A DNA stretch of 64,000 nt from Dehalococcoidia bacterium (GCA_965232815.1 OZ247427.1:98447-162446); one strand, 5' to 3'. Positions 9,501-17,932 are shown, counted from the stretch's first letter. The notes: generated by a model from the letters alone, not told the origin. Translations and numbers: made by a program.

Positions 9501-10238
9501 TGAACTCGTCTCGCTGTACGAAGTCGCCAGCGACCCCTCAATCTTGAACAGAACGGTGTAGTCTTCGTCGGTGTTGATGCTCCAGCCCGCCGCCCCGTTC
9601 GAGTCCAGGGCGTTGCCATCCACAAAGCCCGCGTAGTAGAACGTTGTCCCGGAGACATCCGCGGCGTTCTCCAATACCAGGTAGTATTCGGTGTCGTTCC
9701 CCAGCACGGAGTTGGCCGGAGCGGTGAAGGTGTTCACGGCGCTGTCCGTGAAAGAATTGGGATCGGTCAGCGTGTACAGAATCTCGTCGGGGAACCCATC
9801 ATCGTCGGCCGAGTAGATGTTGACCTGAGGGTCATCGTTCGAGCCCACATCTTTGATCCAGGCCTTCACCGCGGATAGCGAATATCCATACGGGTTGGAT
9901 CCCGTGGTGAACCTGATGGCCTGTACGTAAACTATCCCATCTTCAGGCCCGATCGGCTCCCAACTTGCCGGCGCCGAAGCCTGTCCCAGGTTGCCAATCA
10001 ACGTGATCGACGAACTCGATTGAGAGTGCCGGCTTGCCCCCGAATCGGGAGCAACCGATCCCGCCGCGACTCCTGACTCCAATGTATTATCGGCGAATGT
10101 CAGCCGTTCCCCGACGCTCGATGATTCCAGGGGGCTTGCGAAGACGGCAACGACCAGCGCGATCGCAACGCCGCCCCCCACCACTGCCCACAGTGCTATT
10201 CGTCGATGCGTCAACCAGTAAAATGCGGACATTATCAT
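6528..10238 (-). CDS. large membrane-anchored/secreted surface protein with an HExxH metalloprotease-like motif and multiple FN3-like domains
   Basis: 1236-aa ORF with GGAGA RBS. N-terminal hydrophobic segment ALWAVVGGGVAIALVVAVFA. VVLHELAHHFTL with HELAH at nt 9072-9086. FN3-like units (LKVTWEP.., MVLIWGVP.., LLVSWEP.., LLVSWDT..). The C-terminal half is a 244-aa tandem duplication. Confidence 0.75.
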   Translation of the reverse strand: MIMSAFYWLTHRRIALWAVVGGGVAIALVVAVFASPLESSSVGERLTFADNTLESGVAAGSVAPDSGASRHSQSSSSITLIGNLGQASAPASWEPIGPEDGIVYVQAIRFTTGSNPYGYSLSAVKAWIKDVGSNDDPQVNIYSADDDGFPDEILYTLTDPNSFTDSAVNTFTAPANSVLGNDTEYYLVLENAADVSGTTFYYAGFVDGNALDSNGAAGWSINTDEDYTVLFKIEGSLATSYSETSSSQSGISTVGGDASPQGPALGSDANDVGKIFDAGLSGADRRIAASHADGRTPKFSWAAATTSQEAKNHITNNVVKEYEDDYPWVRQAWSNQPLNVRVRSSNAPGWYVFYMGGHAGFRGLARGIRYGFTESGLRSDTVVLHELAHHFTLDTRVPNVQDAVGVGWLYFNHRVNGDCPVGEIYADVLAYVTRDNSNLRLGYIASCPEIGSRGKPDSQSRNVVKKVVRGEIPDWFENHYDDGSGEIDLDSLWGDIRTASGKRTIVYLLRDKFGGYCSTGEANWALTHADAVGGNPWRDGGCESRKPQDVNVIQQDGGLKVTWEPHLYEASPEVTHYAVQWRSADQDYHSSRQTLISNSSELSHTISGLTDGVEHHVRVVAVNSESTDSTVDEHGHSRAAEASSVPGQPGRPAFLGSFPSDHTMVLIWGVPENSEVDLSGYVVEWKSGSQEYDSTRRLEVPVGLPTNATISELLNSTNHTFRVTAQSSGGLAGVPAEVTASPIGPPEMPLEVEAVGGRNSLLVSWEPDLSQSPPDAYVIQWRTRADYEPGNEKTIWAPFRRSHALKDMAGHGRYYVRVLARNYLGRSEPSEEFFVMSGAPHEPSDFNVEVRPGGGFEITWDRPEPYYPDNPDFRPVRNFNNKRPILDSDGSTVPQYRYDVEYRLAGDPPGPWCSQSRYRDVAGRNDNLDPVPHRLEYLRFCADSEPVVGESYKFRIRAAYVWKQSGDTNVRNGPWAYTDRVLYDPSGGPPDTPTGVEAVGGKASLLVSWDTPISGTAPDDYLIQWRTRANYESGNNAVSSNPVAGLHLINRMAGHGRYYVRIIARNVLGESEPSQEYFVMSGAPHAPADVDTEVRDGGGFTVTWDRPDPYYPDNPDFRPVRNFNNKRPILDSDGSTVPQYRYDVEYKLADGEPGGWCSQSRYRDVGRGNDTLNSDVLTLDLTRYCRNAAPVEGESYNFRVRAAYVWKNSGDTNPRNGPWKYNGPIVYNPPTYNQSG
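6531..7994 (-). repeat. intragenic tandem duplication, 2 x approx 732 bp (244 codons)
   Basis: Protein units starting PPEMPLEVEAVGG.. and PPDTPTGVEAVGG.. are colinear. Nucleotides 6801-6911 and 7533-7643 are identical (111 nt, compared base by base), while the flanks are clearly diverged. Confidence 0.9.
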
Positions 10239-10734
10239 CTCGTTTCTCCGTCGGCCCCTGCTCCTGATGCCAACCTCGCGTCCAACCGTCTTGGACCAAG
10301 CCGCGTTTCAGGCGCCCGTGCGTACGCGTGCATCGAGCCTTTCGACAGCACGGTCAGCGGGTGGTTGCGTCGGTTTACCCCAGCGCGCCTCGACACGCTA
10401 CGCGCGCCCGACGCGGGTTGCTTCGCCACTCAAACCCCGCCGTCAGCACCACAAAAGTTAGCCGGCACAACTCGGCAAGTCTGTACCCGACGGAAAATGC
10501 ACCTGACCCACATAGTCGGTGCACAAAAGTGCTGATGGGCCTCAATGATCCAACAGAAAGCGCATCGCACCGTTCCAGGCCAATGACATTTATAGTTGCC
10601 GCTGTGCGCGGCTTTGAGGCTTCTTCCCTCCACCTGCCCGATTCGACCGGCCTGTGGTTGTCGCGGACACCTCGATTACAATGCGCGACAAAAAACGGAC
10701 ATTGGAATCGCGCGAGAACAACCCGATAAACGTC

Positions 10735-11056
10735 ATGAACGGTGCGAGTCGGAATCAAGAATCACTGTGGCATTTCGCCACGTCACACGGTTTGAATCGC
10801 CGTGCGTTCCTCGGACTTCTGGCCGCTGGTGGAGCGGCATCCGGGATCGCCGACTGCGGCGTTGACCCGGCGATCCCGGATGCCAACTCCAGCTCCACGG
10901 ACCCCGGAACTCCCCCAGGCGTCCCGCCCCAGGTTCAAGGACCCGGAACCGTTCATTGTGCGTGACGACAAGGGCTTGGAAGCGCGTTTGGAAAATCTCC
11001 ACGGACTGATAACCCCCAATCGGCTGTTCTTCGTCCGCAACAACTCCGTCAGCCTC
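10735..11056 (+). pseudogene. 5' remnant of a Tat-exported sulfite-oxidase-family molybdoenzyme (frameshifted and truncated)
   Basis: Frame 1 gives a twin-arginine signal (HGLNRRAFLGLLAAGGAASG). Frame 2 continues with RFKDPEPFIVRDDKGLEARLENLHGLITPNRLFFVRNNS, typical of the family N-terminus. Similarity is then lost, and no catalytic domain follows in any frame before the next gene. Confidence 0.5.
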
Positions 11057-11204
11057 AATGAAAAGGGGTACCTGTTCAACCAACCGCTGCCTCATCCCAT
11101 CCACGTTGTTTGGCGTCGTTGGCCGCTATTCCTTGACAACCATTACCCCCAAGTTACAATCGGCACTGAAACTCCGTATCAGCGACCGCGAAGGAGAAAA
11201 TGAA

Positions 11205-11957
11205 ATGCCGTTCTACACACGAGGCGACGTCACCATCCACTACTCAGACGAGGGTTCAGGTTTCCCGCTCCTCGCCACACCCGGTGGCGGCCTGAATTCC
11301 ATAATGGCCGGCTGGCCCAATCAGGTCATCAACGTCAGGGAAGAGTTCAAAAACGACTTCCGTGTCATCACCATGGACCAGCGCAACGCCCAGGGGGGAC
11401 AGTCCACCGGCCCCGTACAGGTCGAGGACCCCTGGGGCGCATTCGCCGATGACCAACTGGGCCTGATGGACCATCTCGGGATCGACAAATTCGGATTCAT
11501 CGGGTTCTGTATCGGCGGCCCCTTCGCAATGACACTGATCAAGCAAGCCCCCGACCGTGTCGTGGCGGCTGTGCTATGTCAACCCGTCGGACACGCCGCA
11601 GCAACCCCGGACGCCATGTACGACTCCGGCCACGACATTTGGGGCCCCGCGCTGATCGCCAACCGTCCCGACCTCACCATGGAAATCATCGACCAGTACC
11701 TGCACAATTTATACCGAATCCAACCGGATTTCATGTACAGCGTTTCCCGTGACTTCGCCCGCTCCTGCCAGACTCCTCTCCTGGTCATGCCCGACGACAC
11801 CCCGTCGCACTCCCTCGAGGCCGCCATGGCTATGGCGGAACTGGCCCCCAACGCGCAGGCAACCGTCTACCCCTGGAAAGAAGACCCGGACATCAAGGCC
11901 CAGACCATCAACCAGGTCCGCGATTTCCTCAAGGCCCACCAGCCCGTCGCAGTCTGA
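11205..11957 (+). CDS. alpha/beta-fold hydrolase with Cys at the nucleophile elbow
   Basis: ATG at 11205 preceded by GAAGGAGA. MPFYTRGDVTIHYSDEGSGFPLL N-terminus. The nucleophile-elbow sequence is GFIGFCIGG (G-x-C-x-G instead of G-x-S-x-G). Confidence 0.7.
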   Translation: MPFYTRGDVTIHYSDEGSGFPLLATPGGGLNSIMAGWPNQVINVREEFKNDFRVITMDQRNAQGGQSTGPVQVEDPWGAFADDQLGLMDHLGIDKFGFIGFCIGGPFAMTLIKQAPDRVVAAVLCQPVGHAAATPDAMYDSGHDIWGPALIANRPDLTMEIIDQYLHNLYRIQPDFMYSVSRDFARSCQTPLLVMPDDTPSHSLEAAMAMAELAPNAQATVYPWKEDPDIKAQTINQVRDFLKAHQPVAV

Positions 11958-12006
11958 ACCTGAACAGCGCTGTTCGCCGTCAGGCGTTCCGCTCAGGCGA
12001 ACCCGT

Positions 12007-12039
12007 GGCGTCCCGCACAATCGTGTCGGGGCGCCTTTT
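12007..12039 (+). terminator. intrinsic terminator-like hairpin plus T-tract
   Basis: GGCGTCCCG..CGGGGCGCC 9-bp stem (one G-U pair) followed by TTTT, 50 nt after the hydrolase stop. Confidence 0.5.
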
Positions 12040-12214
12040 CATGTCGGACATCAACTGGGCCTTCGTCACCCGGCATCATCTCCGCAGACACGCCAATCAA
12101 ATCTCCCCACTGATTACCTGAACGCCGTCAACCGACGATTTTGTGCATGGTCGCAATTTGCTGACACCAGCCGCGTTGACGCCGCCAATCGCGCCGCATA
12201 CACTGGTTGGGCTT

Positions 12215-12919
12215 ATGGCACGCTTATTCGACCTCCACATTCACACCACCAAGGGCAGCGCTGATTCCAGCCTGACGCCCGACGACCTCATCCTCGAAGC
12301 CGAACGCCTCGGCCTGCGCGGGCTCTGTATTACTGAACACTCCGGCCCGTGGGACCGTCACGAGTTCGCCGCCTTCGCTGCCCTGCACAACGTCGTCCTC
12401 ATCCGTGCGATGGAGGCCGATACCGACATGGGCCACATCCTCTGCTTCGGTGTCGATCGCTACCAGAGTGGCTTCAACCGCGCGGAGGAACTGAGCAGGG
12501 CCGCCCACGCCGTGGGTGGATTCGTCGTTTCGGCGCACCCCTTCCGTGGCGTTCTGGGGAAGCACCATCGCACTCGCCCCTACCTGTATCCCGACCCCAA
12601 CGAACCCATTCCCACCGAGCCCGAAATTGCCATGCAGCATCCGGTATTCCAACTCGCCGATGCTGTCGAAATCGCCAACGGCGGCACCTCTGAAGAGGAA
12701 AACGATTTCGCCGCCGAAGTCGCCCGTCGGCTGAACCTCCCCGTTACGGGCGGCAGCGACGCCCACAGCACTCACGGGCTGGGCAAGTTCGTCACCGAAT
12801 TTCCCGACGAAATATTCGACGAAAGCCAGTTCATCGCGGCGTTGCACCGCGGCGATTTCCATCCGGTCGAAGGGCTCCGGCAGGGAACCCTCCGTCCCTA
12901 TCGCATCCGCACCGCGTAA
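12215..12919 (+). CDS. PHP-domain metal-dependent phosphoesterase
   Basis: MARLFDLHIHTTKGSADS start motif (HxH), ITEHS, and GGSDAHS near the C-terminus. The ORF-track start at 12143 is less likely. Confidence 0.7.
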   Translation: MARLFDLHIHTTKGSADSSLTPDDLILEAERLGLRGLCITEHSGPWDRHEFAAFAALHNVVLIRAMEADTDMGHILCFGVDRYQSGFNRAEELSRAAHAVGGFVVSAHPFRGVLGKHHRTRPYLYPDPNEPIPTEPEIAMQHPVFQLADAVEIANGGTSEEENDFAAEVARRLNLPVTGGSDAHSTHGLGKFVTEFPDEIFDESQFIAALHRGDFHPVEGLRQGTLRPYRIRTA

Positions 12920-12936
12920 ATTACGGGCGGCGACCA

Positions 12937-15822
12937 ATGACCCAGGCATCCGTCTTCGGTGGTACTCGGCTCGACCCTTTCGAGCACGAGTTTGTCTGCA
13001 TCGACCTCGAGACCACCGGCCTCAACGCCAACTCCGACACCATCATTGAGTTGGGAGCCGTCCGTTTTAGAGGCGGCGAAATCCTTGATCGCTACCAGTC
13101 CTTCGTCAACCCTGGTCGCAGGATTCCCCCGTTCATTCAGCAACTCACTTCCATCAGCCAGGCACAGATCGAACGCGCACCCACCTTCAATCAGGTCGCT
13201 GACCAGTTCGCAGATTTCATCGGCGATCTGCCCATCGTCGGCCACAACGTCGCTTTCGACATCGGTTTTTTGCGGTCCCATCATCTCCCGCTCGCCAACC
13301 GCAATTACAACACGTGGGATCTGGCCTCCATATTCCTGCCCACCCTCCCTGAGTACAACCTGGCGGCATTGGCCACCCGCCTTGGCCTTGACCACAGTCA
13401 GGCCCACCGCGCCAGCGCAGATGCCGAGATCACTGCGTTGGTGTTCCATCGCTTGCTGACCATCGCCAGCGGACACCCTGCCGCCAAGGTCGCCTACATC
13501 GCCCGCGCGGCCCGCGCAGCCAACGCCTCCGTCGCCGACCTGTTGGAGGGACTGATACCCCACGCGTCAGGCGCCAACGCCGCCTTGTCGGACTCCGCGA
13601 ACGGGAACGCATCGGGTGCCCCGAGCTTGTCCGGCGTGCGCTTGGAACACCTCGCGGAACAGTCGCCAGCCAATCAGGTCGACGGATCGCCCAGCGCTGT
13701 CATCCGCCAACCCCTCACCGAGCGGCAGATCGAGGGCTTGCTGGACACCGACGGTATATTCGCCAAATCATTCCCCAATTTCGAGACCCGGCCCGAGCAG
13801 GCCGAGATGCTCAAGGCCGTCACCCGCGCGATTTTCCAGGGCCGCAAACTGATCGTCGAGGGCGGCACCGGAATCGGCAAGAGCATCGCCTATTTGCTCC
13901 CCGCCGTTATGTACGCCGCCGCCACCGGCCAGCGCGTCGTGGTGTCCACCAACACCATCAACCTCCAGGAACAGTTGATGGAGAAGGATATCCCGGAGGT
14001 GCGGCGGATCCTCGAAGAGGCCGGCATCCTCGAGCCCGGAGCCTTCCGCGCCGCCCAACTCAAGGGACGCTCCAACTACGTCTGCTTGCACCGCTGGAAT
14101 AACCTCGGCAACTCCGATTCAATCAACGAAGACGAGGCCCGGGTCATCGGCAAGACTGCGGTTTGGCTCGACGAGACGAAGACCGGCGACCGCACTAGCC
14201 TCAACCTCAACATGCAGGATTGGACCGCTTGGTCCCGCATCTGCGCCGACGCCATGGAGGGTTGTCCCGCATTTCGCGGCGGTGCGCCATGTTTCTTGCG
14301 TCAGGCCCGCAACCAGGCCGAGTCAGCGCACATCCTGGTCATCAACCACGCCCTGCTCCTCGCCGATCTCGCGGTCGGCGGCACTGTCCTCCAGGACTAC
14401 CAGCGCCTCATCGTCGACGAAGCTCACCACCTGGAGGAGGAAGCCAGTAGGCAGATGGGTTTCGAAATCGCTGCCAACACCCTGACCCAGGAACTGGAAG
14501 GCGTATATCGCATCATCAACCACCTGAACGCCGCCGCGGCCCGGCTGGGCGATACCCTCGAAGCGCCCCGCGCCAGGGAATCGGTCAGTGCCGCGTCCGC
14601 CGCCTGCAATCAGGCCGGCCAGGCTTGGCAAACACTCTGGGAAACCGTCGACGAACTGTATCGTAATTCCAACCGCTCCTCCGACAGCGGGCGACCCGAT
14701 AACGACCGTCAACCTTTGACTCTTGACGCCACTGTTCGGCAATCCCGCCCTTGGAGTTCTGCGTCCATCGAATGGGAATCCGTTTCCGCGTTCATGCACG
14801 AGAGCGTCACCGCCCTGTCTGCTTTGCAACGCACCGTGGCTGATGGATTATTCCATTTGGCCGACGACAGCCCGGCCGCCGAACTGGGTGGCGCGGTGGA
14901 GGTTCTCACCGACATCAACACCAATCTGGCATCCATATTCGGCCGTCATGAGGACGATCGCATCCAGTGGCTCGACTATGTCCGACGCAACTTGACCCTG
15001 CACTCCGTTCCCATAGATGTGGGCCCCATCCTCGCCGAACAACTTTTCGCCGTTAAGGAGTCCGTCGTGCTGACTGGCTCTACACTGTCCACCGACGGGA
15101 ATTTCGAGTTCCTCCGTCAACAAGTAGGGTTCCCTGAAGACTCCGACGAGTTGTTGGTGGGTAGCCCGTTCAACTATTCCCGCAACACCTTGATCTTGGT
15201 GCCCGACGACCTTCCCGACCCGCGTCGTGGAGCTGAACACGCCCGTGGGACCGCTCAAGTGATCATGAACATGGCCCAGGCATTGGACGGTCATTTGCTA
15301 GCCCTGTTCACATCGCATAGCGCGTTGCGGCAAGCTTCGTTTGAGGTGCGCGGCCCGTTGCGCGCCGCCGGTATCACTTTGTTGGCCCAAGGCATTGATG
15401 GGACTCCCCGTCAACTTCAGCAACGCATGCGGGAGAACCCAGAGTCAGTCCTACTGGGTACGGCTTCCTTCTGGACTGGTGTGGATCTCCCATCCGGGGT
15501 CCTCAGAGGGTTGTTGATTTGTCGGCTGCCTTTTCCGGTACCCACCGACCCCGTAATCAAGGTTCGTGGCAATCTACGGAACAACCCATTTAACGAACTC
15601 CAAATCCCTCACGCTATGATACGGTTCCGACAAGGTTTTGGTCGCCTAATCCGGCGCAGGAGCGACCGGGGCGCAGTCGTAATCCTAGACCGTCGCATCC
15701 ACACCGCCAACTACGGCGACCGTTTCTTAAACGCTCTACCGCCCTGCACGTTCCAGGCATCCAGCGTATCCAACGTGGGCCGACAGGCTGCCCAGTGGCT
15801 CGGCCTCACCCGTACCGCCTGA
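12937..15822 (+). CDS. dinG: bifunctional DEDD 3'-5' exonuclease / DinG-family (XPD-like) ATP-dependent DNA helicase
   Basis: 961 aa. Exonuclease motifs FVCIDLETTGLN, VGHNVAFDIGFL and HRASADA. Helicase Walker A EGGTGIGKS and DEAH box VDEAHHLEE. A Cys cluster (C..C..C..C) lies between them, as in Fe-S helicases. Confidence 0.85.
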   Translation: MTQASVFGGTRLDPFEHEFVCIDLETTGLNANSDTIIELGAVRFRGGEILDRYQSFVNPGRRIPPFIQQLTSISQAQIERAPTFNQVADQFADFIGDLPIVGHNVAFDIGFLRSHHLPLANRNYNTWDLASIFLPTLPEYNLAALATRLGLDHSQAHRASADAEITALVFHRLLTIASGHPAAKVAYIARAARAANASVADLLEGLIPHASGANAALSDSANGNASGAPSLSGVRLEHLAEQSPANQVDGSPSAVIRQPLTERQIEGLLDTDGIFAKSFPNFETRPEQAEMLKAVTRAIFQGRKLIVEGGTGIGKSIAYLLPAVMYAAATGQRVVVSTNTINLQEQLMEKDIPEVRRILEEAGILEPGAFRAAQLKGRSNYVCLHRWNNLGNSDSINEDEARVIGKTAVWLDETKTGDRTSLNLNMQDWTAWSRICADAMEGCPAFRGGAPCFLRQARNQAESAHILVINHALLLADLAVGGTVLQDYQRLIVDEAHHLEEEASRQMGFEIAANTLTQELEGVYRIINHLNAAAARLGDTLEAPRARESVSAASAACNQAGQAWQTLWETVDELYRNSNRSSDSGRPDNDRQPLTLDATVRQSRPWSSASIEWESVSAFMHESVTALSALQRTVADGLFHLADDSPAAELGGAVEVLTDINTNLASIFGRHEDDRIQWLDYVRRNLTLHSVPIDVGPILAEQLFAVKESVVLTGSTLSTDGNFEFLRQQVGFPEDSDELLVGSPFNYSRNTLILVPDDLPDPRRGAEHARGTAQVIMNMAQALDGHLLALFTSHSALRQASFEVRGPLRAAGITLLAQGIDGTPRQLQQRMRENPESVLLGTASFWTGVDLPSGVLRGLLICRLPFPVPTDPVIKVRGNLRNNPFNELQIPHAMIRFRQGFGRLIRRRSDRGAVVILDRRIHTANYGDRFLNALPPCTFQASSVSNVGRQAAQWLGLTRTA

Positions 15823-15825
15823 CCC

Positions 15826-16683
15826 GTGCACCTGGAGATCAACCAGCCTTTCGACCTCGCTGAAAGCTTGGAGAGCGGTCAGGCGCATCGTTGGCGTCGT
15901 TTGGCTGATGGGTGGTACTCCGGCGTACTCGGCGACCGCTTGCTCCACCTGCGCCAGGTACCCAACGGGCTGGAATACCGCGAAACTTCCGTTGGCAGCC
16001 GCCCCGCCGAGGGCGAAACCGACGTCCTCCTCCGGGCCTATTTTCGCCTTGATGACGATATCGCCAAAATCTACCAGGATATCTGCCGCGACCGCCGAGT
16101 TGCCGCGATGGTGGCCAGGTACCCCGGCCTGCGCATCCTCCGCCAGGAACCCTGGGAATGCACCGTCGCATTCATCTGTTCGGCGACCTCCAACATCCCC
16201 CGTATCCATCAGAACATGGAGTCCATGGCCGACCATCTGGGACAACCGTTGGAGCTTGACGGTGAGGTCCGCCGCACGTTTCCGTCGGCCCTGCAATTGG
16301 CAAAGGCCGGCGAAAGCGCCCTTCGCGATCTCGGATTGGGTTTCCGTGCGCCCTACGTGATCTCAGCCGCCCACCAGGTCGCTGATGGCGCCCTCGACCT
16401 CGATGAGTTGATCCGCCTACCGTATCCCGAAACCAAGGCGCGCCTCATGGATTGCTACGGCATAGGCGCAAAGATTGCGGATTGCATAGCGGTATTCTCG
16501 CTCGAAAAACTAGAGGCATTCCCCGTGGACGTGTGGGTCCGGCGTGCCCTCGCGGAATGGTATTTCCCGATGCAAAAAAAGCCCCCCGATCGCGCGATGG
16601 TCGATTGGGCCCAATCATACTTCGGGCGATACGCAGGCTATTCGCAGCAATACCTGTTCCACGGTCGCCGAATGCAGAAATGA
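15826..16683 (+). CDS. ogg: 8-oxoguanine DNA glycosylase/AP lyase, OGG1-type (HhH-GPD)
   Basis: GTG start 3 nt after the dinG stop. HhH-GPD motif CYGIGAKIADCIAVFSL followed by FPVDVWVRR (Lys/Asp catalytic pair pattern of OGG1). Confidence 0.75.
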   Translation: MHLEINQPFDLAESLESGQAHRWRRLADGWYSGVLGDRLLHLRQVPNGLEYRETSVGSRPAEGETDVLLRAYFRLDDDIAKIYQDICRDRRVAAMVARYPGLRILRQEPWECTVAFICSATSNIPRIHQNMESMADHLGQPLELDGEVRRTFPSALQLAKAGESALRDLGLGFRAPYVISAAHQVADGALDLDELIRLPYPETKARLMDCYGIGAKIADCIAVFSLEKLEAFPVDVWVRRALAEWYFPMQKKPPDRAMVDWAQSYFGRYAGYSQQYLFHGRRMQK

Positions 16684-16700
16684 GCGCGGGCCAAAAATAA

Positions 16701-16723
16701 GGGGGCGAATTTGATTCGCCCCC
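16701..16723. repeat. REP-like GC hairpin, family GGGGCGAAT-N3/4-ATTCGCCCC (copy 1); likely bidirectional terminator
   Basis: GGGGGCGAAT-TTG-ATTCGCCCCC lies between the convergent ogg and fmdB-like genes. Confidence 0.7.
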
Positions 16724-16747
16724 TGCAGCTTCCAATCGGATGTTGGA

Positions 16748-16987
16748 TCAGTGCCCGCACCCGCAGGCTCCGCCACAGCCGCCGCCCATGGGCATCGGCA
16801 TCGGCGATCCACCCAGATCCGCCATATCACTGGCGAACCCGTCACCCTTGCTCACCGCAGCGAACACCGAGATGGCGCGCTTGGCCGGCTGCTCGCAGTG
16901 CGGGCAATCGGCCCCGCTGGCGGACATGGACTGCAATTTTTCAAACTTGTGCCCACAGGTCGGACACGAGTACTCATAGATCGGCAT
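16748..16987 (-). CDS. FmdB-family CxxC-CxxC zinc-ribbon protein
   Basis: MPIYEYSCPTCGHKFE...CPHCEQP with a Gly/Cys-rich tail GGGCGGACGCGH. ATG at 16987 preceded by GGGAGCG. Confidence 0.75.
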   Translation of the reverse strand: MPIYEYSCPTCGHKFEKLQSMSASGADCPHCEQPAKRAISVFAAVSKGDGFASDMADLGGSPMPMPMGGGCGGACGCGH

Positions 16988-17343
16988 GGTAATCGCTCCC
17001 AAAGTCGGATGATATTCAGGACTATACCCCCCGTATGCGAAAAGCGTCAAGCCGGCGTGTCGCCTAACGAGAGTGTTTCAATCACTTGCACACGCCCACG
17101 TAGCCGGCCCATGGTGAACCACTCGAACCACGTGCGGACGGTTTTTTCAGAAACCTTCTGCCCTGCATATTTTCTCGGTTCCGAGACAATCGCGAAACCC
17201 TGGTGATCTCACGCGAACCAAACTCTGTAGCTACTGACATGGCATGCCGCACGGTCCTAGGGTCGACCCATGGATCGCCCGCCTTCGGCCTCACCAATTG
17301 ATCCACCGATCCCCGACATCACCGCCAAAACCCTGCTCACCTC

Positions 17344-17373
17344 TTGACAATCCCGTCGCGGTACGGCTATAAG
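17344..17373 (+). promoter_or_regulatory. sigma-70-like promoter candidate for the Fur-family gene
   Basis: TTGACA (17344-17349), 17-18 nt spacer, CTATAAG (17367-17373). The ATG follows at 17391. Confidence 0.4.
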
Positions 17374-17390
17374 CGATATGCCGTATCAAC

Positions 17391-17858
17391 ATGGTCGCCG
17401 CAACTCAAAAACACTCGGGACACCATCACCCGCGTCCCCGCTCCGCCGCCGTCGTCGATGATATCGTCGAGCGCTTGGTAGCCATGGGATATCGCGATAC
17501 CGAACCCCGCCGCCTCGTGATCGGTGCCGTTGCTGCCCATGACCGGCCTTTTACCGCCGAGGACCTCTGCACCGCTCTCCCATGCGTGGGTCGGGCCACC
17601 GTGTTTCGCGGACTCCGCCTGCTCGTCGAAACCGACCAGGTCTGCCGCGTCCTCTTGGAAGACCGCGAACTTCGGTACCAACTTAGCCACCAGGGACACC
17701 ACCACCATATGCTCTGTGCCGTTTGCGGCGCCTCTGCCGACCTGGCGAACTGCGATGTTGCGGAAACCCTGCGAGCCGCCGCGACCGCCGCCGGTTTTCA
17801 GATGAGTGGCCACTGGTTGGAGGTTTACGGGCGCTGCGTCTCGTGCGCTGCGGCTTGA
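17391..17858 (+). CDS. zur: Fur-family metalloregulator, probably Zur
   Basis: 155 aa. Winged-helix region RATVFRGLRLLVE, then HQGHHHHMLCAVCG and RCVSC (CxxC..CxxC). Sits directly upstream of the zinc-type ABC genes. Confidence 0.75.
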   Translation: MVAATQKHSGHHHPRPRSAAVVDDIVERLVAMGYRDTEPRRLVIGAVAAHDRPFTAEDLCTALPCVGRATVFRGLRLLVETDQVCRVLLEDRELRYQLSHQGHHHHMLCAVCGASADLANCDVAETLRAAATAAGFQMSGHWLEVYGRCVSCAAA

Positions 17859-17917
17859 TGGCATAACCCATCACTGGCCGCGCGACTCCCATCCTTTTTT
17901 ATTTTTCCAGTCTTTAT

Positions 17918-17932
17918 TGATACCCAATATCA
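17918..17932. promoter_or_regulatory. Fur/Zur-box-like palindrome 1
   Basis: TGATA-CCCAA-TATCA in the AT-rich zur-znuA spacer. Confidence 0.45.

Noticed and set aside
10620-10660. tRNA/tmRNA-like string CCCGATTCGACCGG, reminiscent of a T-arm.
   Set aside because: The flanking bases do not form a 5-bp T-stem (one mismatch), and no acceptor, D or anticodon arms could be drawn on either strand.
17109-17147. A possible orphan plus-strand terminator (degenerate VSLSNHE-type element followed by T6) implying an sRNA between the fmdB-like gene and zur.
   Set aside because: The stem pairs poorly (several mismatches) and I found no convincing upstream promoter. It is recorded only as a degenerate REP copy.
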